A stretch of 64,000 nucleotides of DNA from Candidatus Doudnabacteria bacterium (GCA_963840645.1 CAWIZL010000004.1:267470-331469); one strand, 5' to 3'; shown: positions 40,648-49,858, numbered from the stretch's first letter. Made by a program: numbers and translations. The notes: a model not told the origin generated them from the sequence alone.

Positions 40648-41085
40648 CTATTTGTTCTTGTGTTCCCCGCCAGCTGCCTTGATGAGGGCGACTGCACTCT
40701 CAGAAGCAGGCACGCTCACGTTGAGCTTGCGCTTGAGCTCGCCGCCGCTCACTATTTTTGCGATTTCATTGCGCTGGATGAGGTTCTTTGCGCGGAGGCT
40801 CGCGAGCGTGATGGCTTCGCCATCGGCGAACGCGTTGAGCTTGCCGAGGCGAATTGCCACTGCCTTGTCGCCAATAGCCTTGAAGCCGCGCAGCTTTGGC
40901 ATCTGGCGGATGATTGGCTGGCGTCCACCCTCAAACCCTGGGCGCACGTTGCCACTCTTGCGGGCGCGCTGCCCCTTTGCGCCACGCGTTGAGTACGTGC
41001 CGTGGCCAGAGCCAAGCCCGCGGCCAACAACTTTGCGGCGCTTGGTGGATCCTTTGTAAACCTTGAGTTCGTGTAGTTTGATCAT
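40648..41085 (-). CDS. rplO: 50S ribosomal protein L15
   Basis: MIKLHELKVYKGSTKRRKVVGRGLGSGHG... ATG at 41085 is chosen within ORF 40648..41121. Confidence 0.92.
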   Translation of the reverse strand: MIKLHELKVYKGSTKRRKVVGRGLGSGHGTYSTRGAKGQRARKSGNVRPGFEGGRQPIIRQMPKLRGFKAIGDKAVAIRLGKLNAFADGEAITLASLRAKNLIQRNEIAKIVSGGELKRKLNVSVPASESAVALIKAAGGEHKNK

Positions 41086-41095
41086 AAAATTTTCT

Positions 41096-41644
41096 TTAAG
41101 CAGCTGCGGCTGTTGCTGCACCGAGTCCGCGACGCTCTTTGAGCTGCTGCTTGCTCTTCATCACCTTGAACGCTTCGAACACAGCCTTCACGTTGTTCAC
41201 CTTGTTGGATGAGCCAATCATTTTGCTGAGAATGTTCTTCACGCCAGCAAGCTCTAAGACGCTCCTGAGTGCACCGCCGGCAATGATGCCGGTACCAGGC
41301 GCTGCTGGCAGCAAGACAATGCGGCTCGAGCCGTACTTTAAATCTACGCGGTAGGGAATGGTTGACTTATCCAAAGGCACGGTGACCATCACCTTCTTGG
41401 CTGCGTTCACAGCTTTGTTCACAGCCTCTGCTACGTCTACGCCCTTGCGCAGGCCAATGCCAACCTTGCCACGCCTGTCGCCAATGACGACGAGTGCGCG
41501 GAAGCGCATGCGCTTGCCGCCGGCAACCACGCGCGTGACGCGCTTGACCTCAACGACCTTCTGGTCAAACTCTTTTGGCTGGCGGTCGCCGCGGTCACGT
41601 CCGCCGCCGCGGTTTCCAAATTCTCGTTTCTTTTCTGGTGGCAT
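41096..41644 (-). CDS. rpsE: 30S ribosomal protein S5
   Basis: Intact ORF. VKRVTRVVAGGKRMRFRALVVIGD is typical S5. It lies directly next to rplO with no L30 gene between. Confidence 0.93.
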   Translation of the reverse strand: MPPEKKREFGNRGGGRDRGDRQPKEFDQKVVEVKRVTRVVAGGKRMRFRALVVIGDRRGKVGIGLRKGVDVAEAVNKAVNAAKKVMVTVPLDKSTIPYRVDLKYGSSRIVLLPAAPGTGIIAGGALRSVLELAGVKNILSKMIGSSNKVNNVKAVFEAFKVMKSKQQLKERRGLGAATAAAA

Positions 41645-41664
41645 GGTGGTGAGGTTAAAAAAAT

Positions 41665-42029
41665 CTAAAAGGTTAAGCCTGCTTCGCGGGCAGCATCTGC
41701 GAGCGCCTTGACGCGGCCGTGGTACTGGAAGCCGCCGCGGTCAAACACAACTACGCTAATCTTAGCAGCCTTTGCCTTTTCGGCAATGAGGGTTCCAACT
41801 TTTGCAGACTGCTCTGTTTTGGTACCAGCAACTTTCAGCCCCTCACCAAATCAGCCGTAGATGCTGCTGCTAAAGTTTTACCCGCCTCATCGTCAATGAG
41901 CTGCGCGTAAATGTGCTGGTTGGCGCGGAAAACCGCCAAGCGTGGGCGAGCTGCTGTGCCGTGCACAACAGAGCGAACACGTGCGTGCCTGCGTACCCTC
42001 TTCACTATCTTTTGCTGCTCTTTGTTCAT
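41665..42029 (-). CDS. rplR: 50S ribosomal protein L18 (frame interrupted once)
   Basis: [19 protein letters not shown]...[20 protein letters not shown] lies in ORF 41835..42188. The break is at C-run 41839-41842. The tail is ...[29 protein letters not shown]. Confidence 0.88.
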
Positions 42030-42039
42030 ACGTGTAGGC

Positions 42040-42597
42040 TTACTTTCCGCCGCCAACTGCCTTGACGACCTTACCTGCCTTGCGGCGCACAACTTCATCA
42101 GAGTACTTAATGCCTTTGCCCTTGTAAGGCTCTGGCTTCTTAAGCTCGCGAACGTTAGCTGCAAACTCGCCGACGAGCTGCTTATCAATTCCCGAAATGG
42201 TGATGGTGCTCTTGTCTATGGTCACGTTCAGGCCTTCTGGCACGTGCACCTCAACTGGGTGCGAGAAGCCGAGGCTCATGGTCATGACCTTGCCAGCTAC
42301 TGAGGCACGGTACGCAACGCCCACAATTTCAAGCTTTTTCTCAAAGCCTGAGACAACGCCAGTGACAGCATTTGCCACGAGCGAGCGCGTGAGACCCCAC
42401 AGCGAACGGTCCAGCTTGTTGTCTGCGTTGTCAACGGTGATGTTCACGACACCGTCTTCAACTGCAACGTGCGCGTGTGCGTGCACCAGCACAGAGACCG
42501 TACCCTTTGGCCCAGTCACCCGGACAGTGCCTGCATCTCCAGGTTCAACCTTGACGCCCGCTGGAATTGGTATAATTTTTTTGCCGATTCTTGACAT
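42040..42597 (-). CDS. rplF: 50S ribosomal protein L6
   Basis: Intact 185-aa ORF starting [17 protein letters not shown]. Confidence 0.93.
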   Translation of the reverse strand: MSRIGKKIIPIPAGVKVEPGDAGTVRVTGPKGTVSVLVHAHAHVAVEDGVVNITVDNADNKLDRSLWGLTRSLVANAVTGVVSGFEKKLEIVGVAYRASVAGKVMTMSLGFSHPVEVHVPEGLNVTIDKSTITISGIDKQLVGEFAANVRELKKPEPYKGKGIKYSDEVVRRKAGKVVKAVGGGK

Positions 42598-42615
42598 ATA
42601 GTTACGTTTGAAAAA

Positions 42616-43035
42616 TTACCAGACTTGGCACAGCACTTCGCCGCCAGTTTTAGCCTTGCGCGCTGCCCTGTCTGTCATTAAGCCCTGCGACGTTGACAGC
42701 ACGGTGATGCCAGTGCCGCCGTTCGCCTTTGGAATCTTGTCAGAGGGAGCGTAGATGCGCTGGCCAGGCTTGCTCACGCGGTGAATCTCCATGATCACAG
42801 GGTCGCCAGAGCTATCGTACTTGAGCTTTACCTCAATGGTCTTGAACCTGTCCGCCGTAGCCTTGGCGAAGGCGGATGATTCGTGCACAGTCACACCGCC
42901 AAGGTAGCCCTCGGCCACCAAGACGTTTGCCAGGCTCAGCTTCATTTTTGAGTACGGCAGCAGTACCACAGCCTTGTGGACTGCGAGACCGTTGCGAACC
43001 CTCGTTAACATGTCTGCGATTGGATCTGTGAACAT
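42616..43035 (-). CDS. rpsH: 30S ribosomal protein S8
   Basis: Intact 139-aa ORF starting MFTDPIADMLTRVRNG. Confidence 0.93.
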   Translation of the reverse strand: MFTDPIADMLTRVRNGLAVHKAVVLLPYSKMKLSLANVLVAEGYLGGVTVHESSAFAKATADRFKTIEVKLKYDSSGDPVIMEIHRVSKPGQRIYAPSDKIPKANGGTGITVLSTSQGLMTDRAARKAKTGGEVLCQVW

Positions 43036-43049
43036 AGTGTTGAGTTAAG

Positions 43050-43244
43050 CTACCAGGATGACTTTGAGACGCCGGGGATCTCGCCCCGCGAGGCTAGCTC
43101 ACGGAAGCAGATGCGGCACATGTCAAAGTCTCTCATGTACCCGCGGTTCCTGCCACACTTCCAGCAGCGGCGAACCACGCGGGTTGGGAACTTTGGCTTT
43201 GTGCGCGACCTGAGAGCCTTAGCTATTAATGATTTCTTTGCCAT
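43050..43244 (-). CDS. rpsN: 30S ribosomal protein S14, type Z (zinc-binding short form)
   Basis: 64 aa with CWKCGR...CRICFRE (Cys4). Confidence 0.92.
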   Translation of the reverse strand: MAKKSLIAKALRSRTKPKFPTRVVRRCWKCGRNRGYMRDFDMCRICFRELASRGEIPGVSKSSW

Positions 43245-43256
43245 ATGGTTGGTAGG

Positions 43257-43808
43257 TTAGTTAGATTTGCCATCACCGAACGGGAAGCCGAATGCCTTGA
43301 GCAGCGCACGGCCTCTGTCGTCTGTCTTTGCGTCTGTCACCACTGAGACCTCAAAGCCAAACGTGTGCTCCATGCTGTCCTCAGAAATTTCTGGGAACAC
43401 TGTCTGCTCGCGGATGCCGACGTGGTAGTTGCCGCGGCCGTCGAACGCCTTTGGCGAAATGCCGCGGAAGTCTCGCACGCGCGGGAGGTCAACGTTCACG
43501 AGCTTGTCTATGAAGTCGTACATCCTGTCACCGCGCAGCGTTGTCACCAAGCCGACCACCTGGTTCTCGCGAATCTTGAAGCCTGCAATAGACTTGCGTG
43601 CCATTGTCTTCACTGCCTGCTGGCCTGTGATCTTCTTGAGGTCAGCCATGATTGCCTCGAGCAACTTTGGATCCTTCAAGGTTTTGCCAACGCCAGCATT
43701 GATGACCACTTTCTTAACCTGTGGCACTGCGTTGACGTTCTTCAAGCCGAGCTCTTTCTGGAGAGCTGGCCGAATTTCTTTACTGTACTGTGTGCGGAGT
43801 CTGTTCAT
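43257..43808 (-). CDS. rplE: 50S ribosomal protein L5
   Basis: MNRLRTQYSKEIRPALQKELG... ATG at 43808 is chosen within ORF 43257..43841. Confidence 0.92.
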   Translation of the reverse strand: MNRLRTQYSKEIRPALQKELGLKNVNAVPQVKKVVINAGVGKTLKDPKLLEAIMADLKKITGQQAVKTMARKSIAGFKIRENQVVGLVTTLRGDRMYDFIDKLVNVDLPRVRDFRGISPKAFDGRGNYHVGIREQTVFPEISEDSMEHTFGFEVSVVTDAKTDDRGRALLKAFGFPFGDGKSN

Positions 43809-43813
43809 ATAGT

Positions 43814-44131
43814 TTAAATTGCTTTGCCGCAAGCTTTGCACACGCGCTGCTTTGTGCCGTTGTCTAAGAACGCGTGCCCAATGCGCGTTGCCTTGCCGCA
43901 GTGCGGGCAGATGAGCGTGACCTTTGAGGCTGGCATGCGGGCTGCAAAAGAGATTTGCGTGCCAGGCTTGCCTGTGCCAGCTTTCTTGAAGCGGTGGTGA
44001 ATGTTCATGCCCTCGACAACGAGCATGTTTGTCTTGCGGTCAACCTCGTTGATCTTGCCAGACTTGCCCTTGTCCTTGCCCACGGTGACGGCAACTGTGT
44101 CGCCTTTCTTTAAATTTGTAGTGTCTTTCAT
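43814..44131 (-). CDS. rplX: 50S ribosomal protein L24 with a Cys4 (CPHC...CKAC) C-terminal segment
   Basis: KKGDTVAVTVGKDKGKSGKI is the KOW motif. The C-terminus is ICPHCGKATRIGHAFLDNGTKQRVCKACGK. Confidence 0.9.
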   Translation of the reverse strand: MKDTTNLKKGDTVAVTVGKDKGKSGKINEVDRKTNMLVVEGMNIHHRFKKAGTGKPGTQISFAARMPASKVTLICPHCGKATRIGHAFLDNGTKQRVCKACGKAI

Positions 44132-44140
44132 GGGAATGAG

Positions 44141-44510
44141 TTAAATGACCTCTGGGGCTAAGCTGATAATTTTTGCAAAGCCCTTGTCGCGCAGCTCGCG
44201 AGGAATTGGCCAAAATGCGCGTGCCCTTTGGCTCGAGGCTGCCCTTGTCTACGAGCACGCCTGCGTTATCGTCAAAGCGAATGTAGGAGCCGTCTTTGCG
44301 GCGCACTTCCTTGCGCGTGCGCACGATGACCGCGTAGACTTTGTCGCCCTTCTTCACCTGGCCCTTTGGGGATGACTCGCGCACAGAGCCTGCCACAACG
44401 TCCCCGAGCCTCGCGTAGCGGTTCGAGTTCTTTCCGTTCACGGAGAAAAGCGCGACGGTTTTAGCGCCTGTGTTGTCTGCTATGTTGATCCATGAACGTA
44501 CTTGAAGCAT
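44141..44510 (-). CDS. rplN: 50S ribosomal protein L14 (frame interrupted near the 3' end)
   Basis: [17 protein letters not shown]... The frame is lost near 44205-44220. The shifted frame gives the canonical tail [22 protein letters not shown] with stop at 44141. Confidence 0.9.
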
Positions 44511-44549
44511 TGGGGAGTAGTTAGTATAAGTAGTTAGTAGCCTGAAACG

Positions 44550-44801
44550 TTACACCTTTTTCACTGCACGGAAGTGCTTGTCCTTTGAAATTGGTGCGCT
44601 CTCCGCGATTTCGACCTTGTCCCCAACGTGGAACTCATTGGCCTCATCGTGAGCCTTGAACTTCTTGGACACCTTGTACGTCTTCTTGTACTTTGGGTGG
44701 CGCTTGTGGGAGTCAACCCTGACCACAATGGTTTTATCCATTTTGTCTGAGACGACAGTGCCGACCATTGTTCGCTTTGTTGCTTTCGTTGTTGCTGGCA
44801 T
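44550..44801 (-). CDS. rpsQ: 30S ribosomal protein S17
   Basis: Intact 83-aa ORF with GTVVSDKMDKTIVVRV. Confidence 0.92.
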   Translation of the reverse strand: MPATTKATKRTMVGTVVSDKMDKTIVVRVDSHKRHPKYKKTYKVSKKFKAHDEANEFHVGDKVEIAESAPISKDKHFRAVKKV

Positions 44802-44806
44802 ATGGT

Positions 44807-45013
44807 TTAGGCTGCTCCTGCCTTCTCTTTAATGATGGTCATGGTGCGGGCAATGCTCTTTTTGACGTTCGCGACTTCCTGCTTGTTCTTGAGCTCTTGG
44901 CCAGCAAGCTTGAAGCGGAGCGAGCGGAGCTGCTCGCGCATAGCGGTAAGGTCTGCACGGAGTGCAGGCTCTGCCTTTGCCCTTATTTCTTTTTTCATTT
45001 CAAGTGCTTTCAT
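44807..45013 (-). CDS. rpmC: 50S ribosomal protein L29
   Basis: Intact 68-aa helical ORF in the conserved L16-L29-S17 position. Confidence 0.88.
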   Translation of the reverse strand: MKALEMKKEIRAKAEPALRADLTAMREQLRSLRFKLAGQELKNKQEVANVKKSIARTMTIIKEKAGAA

Positions 45014-45035
45014 GTGAGTTCAGTTAGTCCTTACC

Positions 45036-45449
45036 TTAATCGTGCTTCGTAATAAACTTTGTCTTAATTGGGAGCTTGTACGCTGCGAGCCTCATTGCTT
45101 CTTTTGCCTGTGTCTCTGTGACGCCGTCCATCTCGAAGAGCACCTTGCCTTTCTTGACGACAGCCACGAAGTGGTCTACAGCACCTTTGCCTCCGCCCAT
45201 TGGGCTCTCGTTGCCATGGACAGTGACAGGCTTGTCTGAGAACACCCGAATCCACACCTGGCCTCCGCGCTGGATGTAGCGGGTCATTGCGCGACGAGCT
45301 GCCTCGATCTGGCGAGCTGTCATCCACGCATTCTCGAAAGCCTTCAGCCCGTAGCTGCCAAACGCAAGGTAGTTGCCTGCCATTGCCTTGCCCTTTGTGC
45401 GGCCTCGGTGCTGCTTCCGGTGCTTCATTTTTTTAGGAATCATTGCCAT
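45036..45449 (-). CDS. rplP: 50S ribosomal protein L16
   Basis: Intact 137-aa ORF with [15 protein letters not shown]. Confidence 0.93.
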   Translation of the reverse strand: MAMIPKKMKHRKQHRGRTKGKAMAGNYLAFGSYGLKAFENAWMTARQIEAARRAMTRYIQRGGQVWIRVFSDKPVTVHGNESPMGGGKGAVDHFVAVVKKGKVLFEMDGVTETQAKEAMRLAAYKLPIKTKFITKHD

Positions 45450-45554
45450 GGGAGCAAGTAGTTAGTATAAATAGTTATTAGACGGATCCGCAAAATTTTT
45501 CATTCTATTGGTAGGCTGTCGTAGTTTAGCTACTGAATACTTATACTAACTACT
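45450..45554. repeat. Stop-rich junction element, copy C (rplP | rpsC)
   Basis: 45457-45473 agtagttagtataaata pairs with 45538-45554 tacttatactaactact (16/17, the mismatch being a G-U equivalent). The core is tagacggatccgcaaaatttttcattctattggtaggctgtcgtagtttagcta. The rpsC stop (45546) lies inside the right arm. Confidence 0.8.
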
Positions 45555-46211
45555 CGCCCTTGCTGGTGGGCGCTGCTCAAACTTCTCGCCTTTGTTGATC
45601 CAGACCTTCACGCCGATCGTGCCGTAGGTGGTGAACGCTGTTGCGCGGGCAAAATCTATGTTTGCGCGGAGCGTGTGGAGCGGGAGCTTGCCCTGCGCCA
45701 GCCACTCTGTGCGCGCAATGTCTGCGCCGCCCAAGCGTCCGCCAACAGCTATCTTCACGCCAATTGCACCCGCGTTCATGACCTGCTCAATGGACTGCTT
45801 GATCAGCCTCCGGAACGCAACGCGCTTCTCGAGCTGTTCACAGATCCCCTGCGCAATAACCAGAGCCTGGAGGTTAATGTCGCGAATCTCTTCAATGTTG
45901 ATCTTGAGGTCCTGCTTGATGCCCAGCTTCTTGGCAATCTTCTTCTTGAGGTCTTCAATGCCACCGCCGCCCTTGCCAATGATCATACCTGGCTTTGTTG
46001 ACTTGATCACCACGATGATTGCGCCGTCGTTGAGGCGCTCAATGTCAATGCGCACGATGCCTGCGCGCTTGAGCTGCTCCATGAGGTAGTCGCGGATCTG
46101 CACGTCCTCTTTGAGGGTCTGCGCGAACATGCGCGGTGAAGAGTACCACTTGGATTTCCAGGTGTCTGTGATCTTCAGTCTGAGGCTAGTTGGAGAAATT
46201 TTATGGCCCAT
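45546..46211 (-). CDS. rpsC: 30S ribosomal protein S3
   Basis: Intact 221-aa ORF with MGHKISPTSLRL and a KH domain. Confidence 0.93.
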   Translation of the reverse strand: MGHKISPTSLRLKITDTWKSKWYSSPRMFAQTLKEDVQIRDYLMEQLKRAGIVRIDIERLNDGAIIVVIKSTKPGMIIGKGGGGIEDLKKKIAKKLGIKQDLKINIEEIRDINLQALVIAQGICEQLEKRVAFRRLIKQSIEQVMNAGAIGVKIAVGGRLGGADIARTEWLAQGKLPLHTLRANIDFARATAFTTYGTIGVKVWINKGEKFEQRPPARASS

Positions 46212-46258
46212 GGGACAGTAGTTAGTATGAGTAGTTAGTAGTCGGGAACAGAGACCAG

Positions 46259-46866
46259 CTAGACTCCGCTCTTGCGGTTGAACATTCTGCGCTTCTGCGT
46301 GACCTTGTTCTGTTTCACCTGGCGGCCAGTCTTGTCTGTCTCACTGTGCTGGACTGCCTTGGTTGCCTGCGTGTCGCCTGCGTTGCCTTCCTCTTCACCA
46401 CCTGGCTTGGCCTGCTTGATGAGTGTTTCATCTTTAGGCGTGGCGCGCGGGGCATCAAAGTGTGCAACCTTGCGGTTAGACTTTCGCTCTTCGAGCACAA
46501 CGTGGATGTGTGTGGTTGGCCTACGAATCTCGGTTGCCCGGCCCTGAGCCTTTGGCATCATGCGCTTGAGCTTTGGCCGCTGTCGCACGAGATGCTCTTG
46601 ATGAACAGGTCTTGCGGCTTGAGCTTGTTGTTGTTCTCAGCGTTTGCAATGGCAGAGCGCAGTAGAGTTACTGCAAAGCGTGCACCTTTCTTAGAGGTGA
46701 ACTGCAGCTGGGTGAGCGCCTCGAGCGCCCACGTGCCACGGACAACGTCTGTGACCAGGCGCATCTTGCGCGGGCTAATTCGAATGTAGCGCGCGTGCGC
46801 CTCAACCGTGACAGGTGCTGCCACTGCTGCTTTAGCGTTATTCTTTTGTGCGACTGCTTGTGCCAT
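46259..46866 (-). CDS. rplV: 50S ribosomal protein L22 with a C-terminal extension of about 85 aa (frame interrupted once)
   Basis: ORF 46558..46866 (ARYIRISPRKMRLVTDVVRG) joins ORF 46259..46588 (KLKRMMPKAQGRATEIRRPTTHIHVVLEE plus a K/E/T-rich tail). The break is near 46575. Confidence 0.88.
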
Positions 46867-46934
46867 GATTTTATGCCTACTGAATACTTATACTGACTAC
46901 TTGCCTTTTGCCTTTGCCGGTTCTGCTGCTTCTG

Positions 46935-47234
46935 TTAGCTTTGCCTTCTCAGCTGTTGGGCTGCTGCTTCCTCAGCCTTTGCTATCTTGCCGCCGTGCCT
47001 GTAGAACTTGCGCGTTGGTGAAAACTCGCCGAGCTTGTGCCCAACCATGTTCTCAGTGACAAACACTGGCACGTGCGTCTTGCCGTTGTGAACCTCAAAC
47101 GTGAAGCCCACAAACTCTGGGGCAATCGCGCTGTCGCGCGCCCAAGTCTTGAACTTGTCGCCGCGCTTGCCAGCTGCAACTCGCTTCACGAGCCGCTCGT
47201 CTATGTATGGACCTTTCTTTAGTGATCGTGACAT
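46935..47234 (-). CDS. rpsS: 30S ribosomal protein S19 (true 3' end may be 46897 after a frame correction)
   Basis: [15 protein letters not shown]... An alternative frame from about 46955 gives [20 protein letters not shown], with a TAG inside the usual AGTAG arm. Confidence 0.9.
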   Translation of the reverse strand: MSRSLKKGPYIDERLVKRVAAGKRGDKFKTWARDSAIAPEFVGFTFEVHNGKTHVPVFVTENMVGHKLGEFSPTRKFYRHGGKIAKAEEAAAQQLRRQS

Positions 47235-47340
47235 GGGCTCAGATAGTTAATAGAGAATAGAAAATAGGCGAACTGTGATACTTTTTGCTGTACTTGATAT
47301 GCGCATGTGCTTTAGCTATTGACTATTTGCTATTGCCTAC
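47235..47340. repeat. Stop-rich junction element, diverged copy G (rpsS | rplB)
   Basis: agatagttaatag on the left, ctttagctattgactatttgctattgcc on the right. The rplB stop (47337) lies inside the arm. Confidence 0.55.
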
Positions 47341-48172
47341 TGTGCCCTTCGCTTAACAATGAACCTGCTGCTCGGCTTCTTCTTGTCGCGGGTTCTCACG
47401 CCCATTGCGTGCTTGCCCCACGGCGTCTTCGGGTACTTCATGCCGATTGGGTTGTGGCCTTCACCTCCACCGTGAGGGTGGTCAACTGGGTTCATGGCTT
47501 TACCGCGAACAGTTGGTCGCCAGCCCATGAGGCGCTTGCGGCCAGCTTTGCCGATGCGGACATTTTCCCAGTCAATGTTTGAGACCTGGCCAACAGTGGC
47601 CATGCACAGCTCAGAAACTTTGCGGATTTCGCCGCTCGGGAGCTTGAGGAGTGCCCAGCCTGCATCAATTGCCTGCAGCGTTGCTGCACTGCCTGCGCTG
47701 CGAGCCATTGCACCTTTGCGGTTTGGCTCAATTTCAATGTCGTGCACGAGGCTGCCAGCTGGAATGTTCTTGAGCATCATCCTGTTGCCAGGGGTTGGGT
47801 CTGCCTTTGCTGATGCAATCACGCTGTCGCCAACCTTTGTGCCGTGCGGTGCAATGATGAAGCGCTTCTCGCCGTCCTTGTAGCTGACGAGCGACAGGAA
47901 CGATGAGCGACCTGGTGCGTACTCAACGGTGAGCACTTTTCCCGGAATGTCCATTTTATCTGAGCGAGAGTAGTCGACAATACGGCTGACCTTGCGGGAA
48001 CCGCCGCCGCGGTGGCGAACGGTGATCTTGCCGCTGAAGTTTCTGCCACCAGACTTTGCCTTAGAGCGCAGAGCGACTTTGGCGTCTTGTGCCTCTTGTC
48101 CAAAATAGAGTAGTCTGTGACTGACTGGATTCGCCTGCCTGCGCTAGTTGGTTTGTAAATCTTTACTGCCAT
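47337..48172 (-). CDS. rplB: 50S ribosomal protein L2 (frame interrupted at least twice)
   Basis: MAVKIYKPTSAGRR starts at ATG 48172. ORF 47337..47954 carries MDIPGKVLTVEYAPGRSS...HPHGGGEG. The middle segment (GGRNFSGKITVRHRGGG) is in a third frame. Confidence 0.9.
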
Positions 48173-48176
48173 ATAT

Positions 48177-48509
48177 TTAAATTGTTGCGTCGCTAATGGT
48201 CTCGCCATCCTTGAGCGTCACGATTGCCTTTTTCCACGGCGAAGTTGTGCCGCGCGTCTTGCCGAACGTGCGGGACTTGCCCTCAACGTTCAATGTATTC
48301 ACAGCGGTAACGTGCACATCGTACACGGCTTCAATTGCCCTGCGCACAGACAGCTTGTTTGCCTTTGCGTGCACCTTGAAAACAAACTTGCCACCTGGTG
48401 CCATTGTGTAGCTCTTCTCTGAGACAATTGGCTTCACGAGAATGCGGTACGCATCCCCAGTGTCAAGCTTTGCCTCTCTCTTTACATTTTCTTTCTTATC
48501 GTCTGCCAT
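48177..48509 (-). CDS. rplW: 50S ribosomal protein L23
   Basis: Intact 110-aa ORF with ILVKPIVSEKS. Confidence 0.9.
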   Translation of the reverse strand: MADDKKENVKREAKLDTGDAYRILVKPIVSEKSYTMAPGGKFVFKVHAKANKLSVRRAIEAVYDVHVTAVNTLNVEGKSRTFGKTRGTTSPWKKAIVTLKDGETISDATI

Positions 48510-48513
48510 AAAA

Positions 48514-49154
48514 TTACTTTAGGTACGTTTTCTCAATGACCGCGAGGCTTGCCTCGGGCACGAGCACTGCATCGTGCTTCAGCAGGTCAACGAGGTTCAG
48601 GCTGTTTGCGCTAATGACTTTGACGTTCTTCAAATTTGCAGATGAGCGCGCAATGCTTGTGTCAACCTTTGGCAGCACGAACAAAAACTTGCGCGCCTTT
48701 GTGGCAACTTTGCCGTTGATGCCTTTGAGCATTGCGACCATGTCCTTTGTCTTTGCTGCTGGCATTGCGATTTCGGAAAATACAATGAAGTTTGATGAAG
48801 ACGCCTTGTCGCTGAGTACCATGTAGAGTGCTTTGCGCCACTGCTTCTTGTTCATCTTGAGAGACCAGTTGCGGTCATTGGTTAGGCCAGGGCAACGCCA
48901 CCGTGACGCCAGATTGGTCCGCGGGTTGAACCTGCGCGGGCGCGACCAGTTCCCTTTTGCTTCCACGGCTTAATGCCGCCACCGCTCACATTGCCGCGGG
49001 TCTTCGTGTTTGAAATTGTTTCGCGGGCGTTTGCGAGCTGCACGCGCACTGCCTGCTGGATGAGCTCAACCTCAGACTTCACCTCAAAGATAGCAGGATT
49101 GAGATCCGCCTCACCAGTGGTTTCTAGTTTCGAGTTGTAGATAGGAGTCTTCAT
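48514..49154 (-). CDS. rplD: 50S ribosomal protein L4 (frame interrupted once)
   Basis: ORF 48882..49154 ([16 protein letters not shown]) and ORF 48514..48966 are colinear. The break is near 48930. Confidence 0.9.
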
Positions 49155-49180
49155 GGTAGTTAACGGCTATTAACTATTAC

Positions 49181-49843
49181 CTATTTCTTCTTGTCTTTCT
49201 TCACAGCTTGCACTGGCTCGAGGTCTTTGATCTTGCCAGTTGAAACAACCTGGACAACACCGTTGCGGTGGCCAGGTACTGCGCCGCTGACTGCGATGAG
49301 CTTGCGCTCAAGGTCAATGTCAACGATCTGGAGATTTTTTACGGTGACGTTCACGCCGCCCATGCGGCCTGCCATGCGAAGACCTTTGCGAACGTGCTGT
49401 GGGTAGCGCTGCCCAATGGAACCTACTGCGCGAGGCTTGTCGTGGCCGTGGGATGCAGGCATACCTTTGAAGCCGTGTCGCTTCATTGCACCTGCAAAGC
49501 CACGACCCTTCATGACGCCGCTCACGTCTACGATTTCGCCAACCTGGAAGTTTGAAATATCAATTTGGCTGCCAACCTCAATGCCTGCCATGTCTTCACC
49601 TTCTGCGCGGAACTCTCTGATAACGGCAAAGGCCTGACCCTTTGTGTGGCCAGACACTGATTTGCTGATGTTCTTCTTCTTGCCAAAGCCAACCTGGACC
49701 GCTGCGTACTTGTCTTTGCCTGTGGTGGTCTTAACCTGCGTAACTGTGACAGGGCCTGCTTCGAGCACGGTAACAGGCACCACCGTGCCTGAAGGCAGGA
49801 AGTGCGATGTCATGTTCAGCTTTTTAGCGAGGGTAAACTTCAT
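49181..49843 (-). CDS. rplC: 50S ribosomal protein L3
   Basis: MKFTLAKKLNMTSHF...GKGFAGAMKRHGF. ATG at 49843 is chosen within ORF 49181..49891. Confidence 0.92.
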   Translation of the reverse strand: MKFTLAKKLNMTSHFLPSGTVVPVTVLEAGPVTVTQVKTTTGKDKYAAVQVGFGKKKNISKSVSGHTKGQAFAVIREFRAEGEDMAGIEVGSQIDISNFQVGEIVDVSGVMKGRGFAGAMKRHGFKGMPASHGHDKPRAVGSIGQRYPQHVRKGLRMAGRMGGVNVTVKNLQIVDIDLERKLIAVSGAVPGHRNGVVQVVSTGKIKDLEPVQAVKKDKKK

Positions 49844-49858
49844 AGTGTGTTTGATTCT

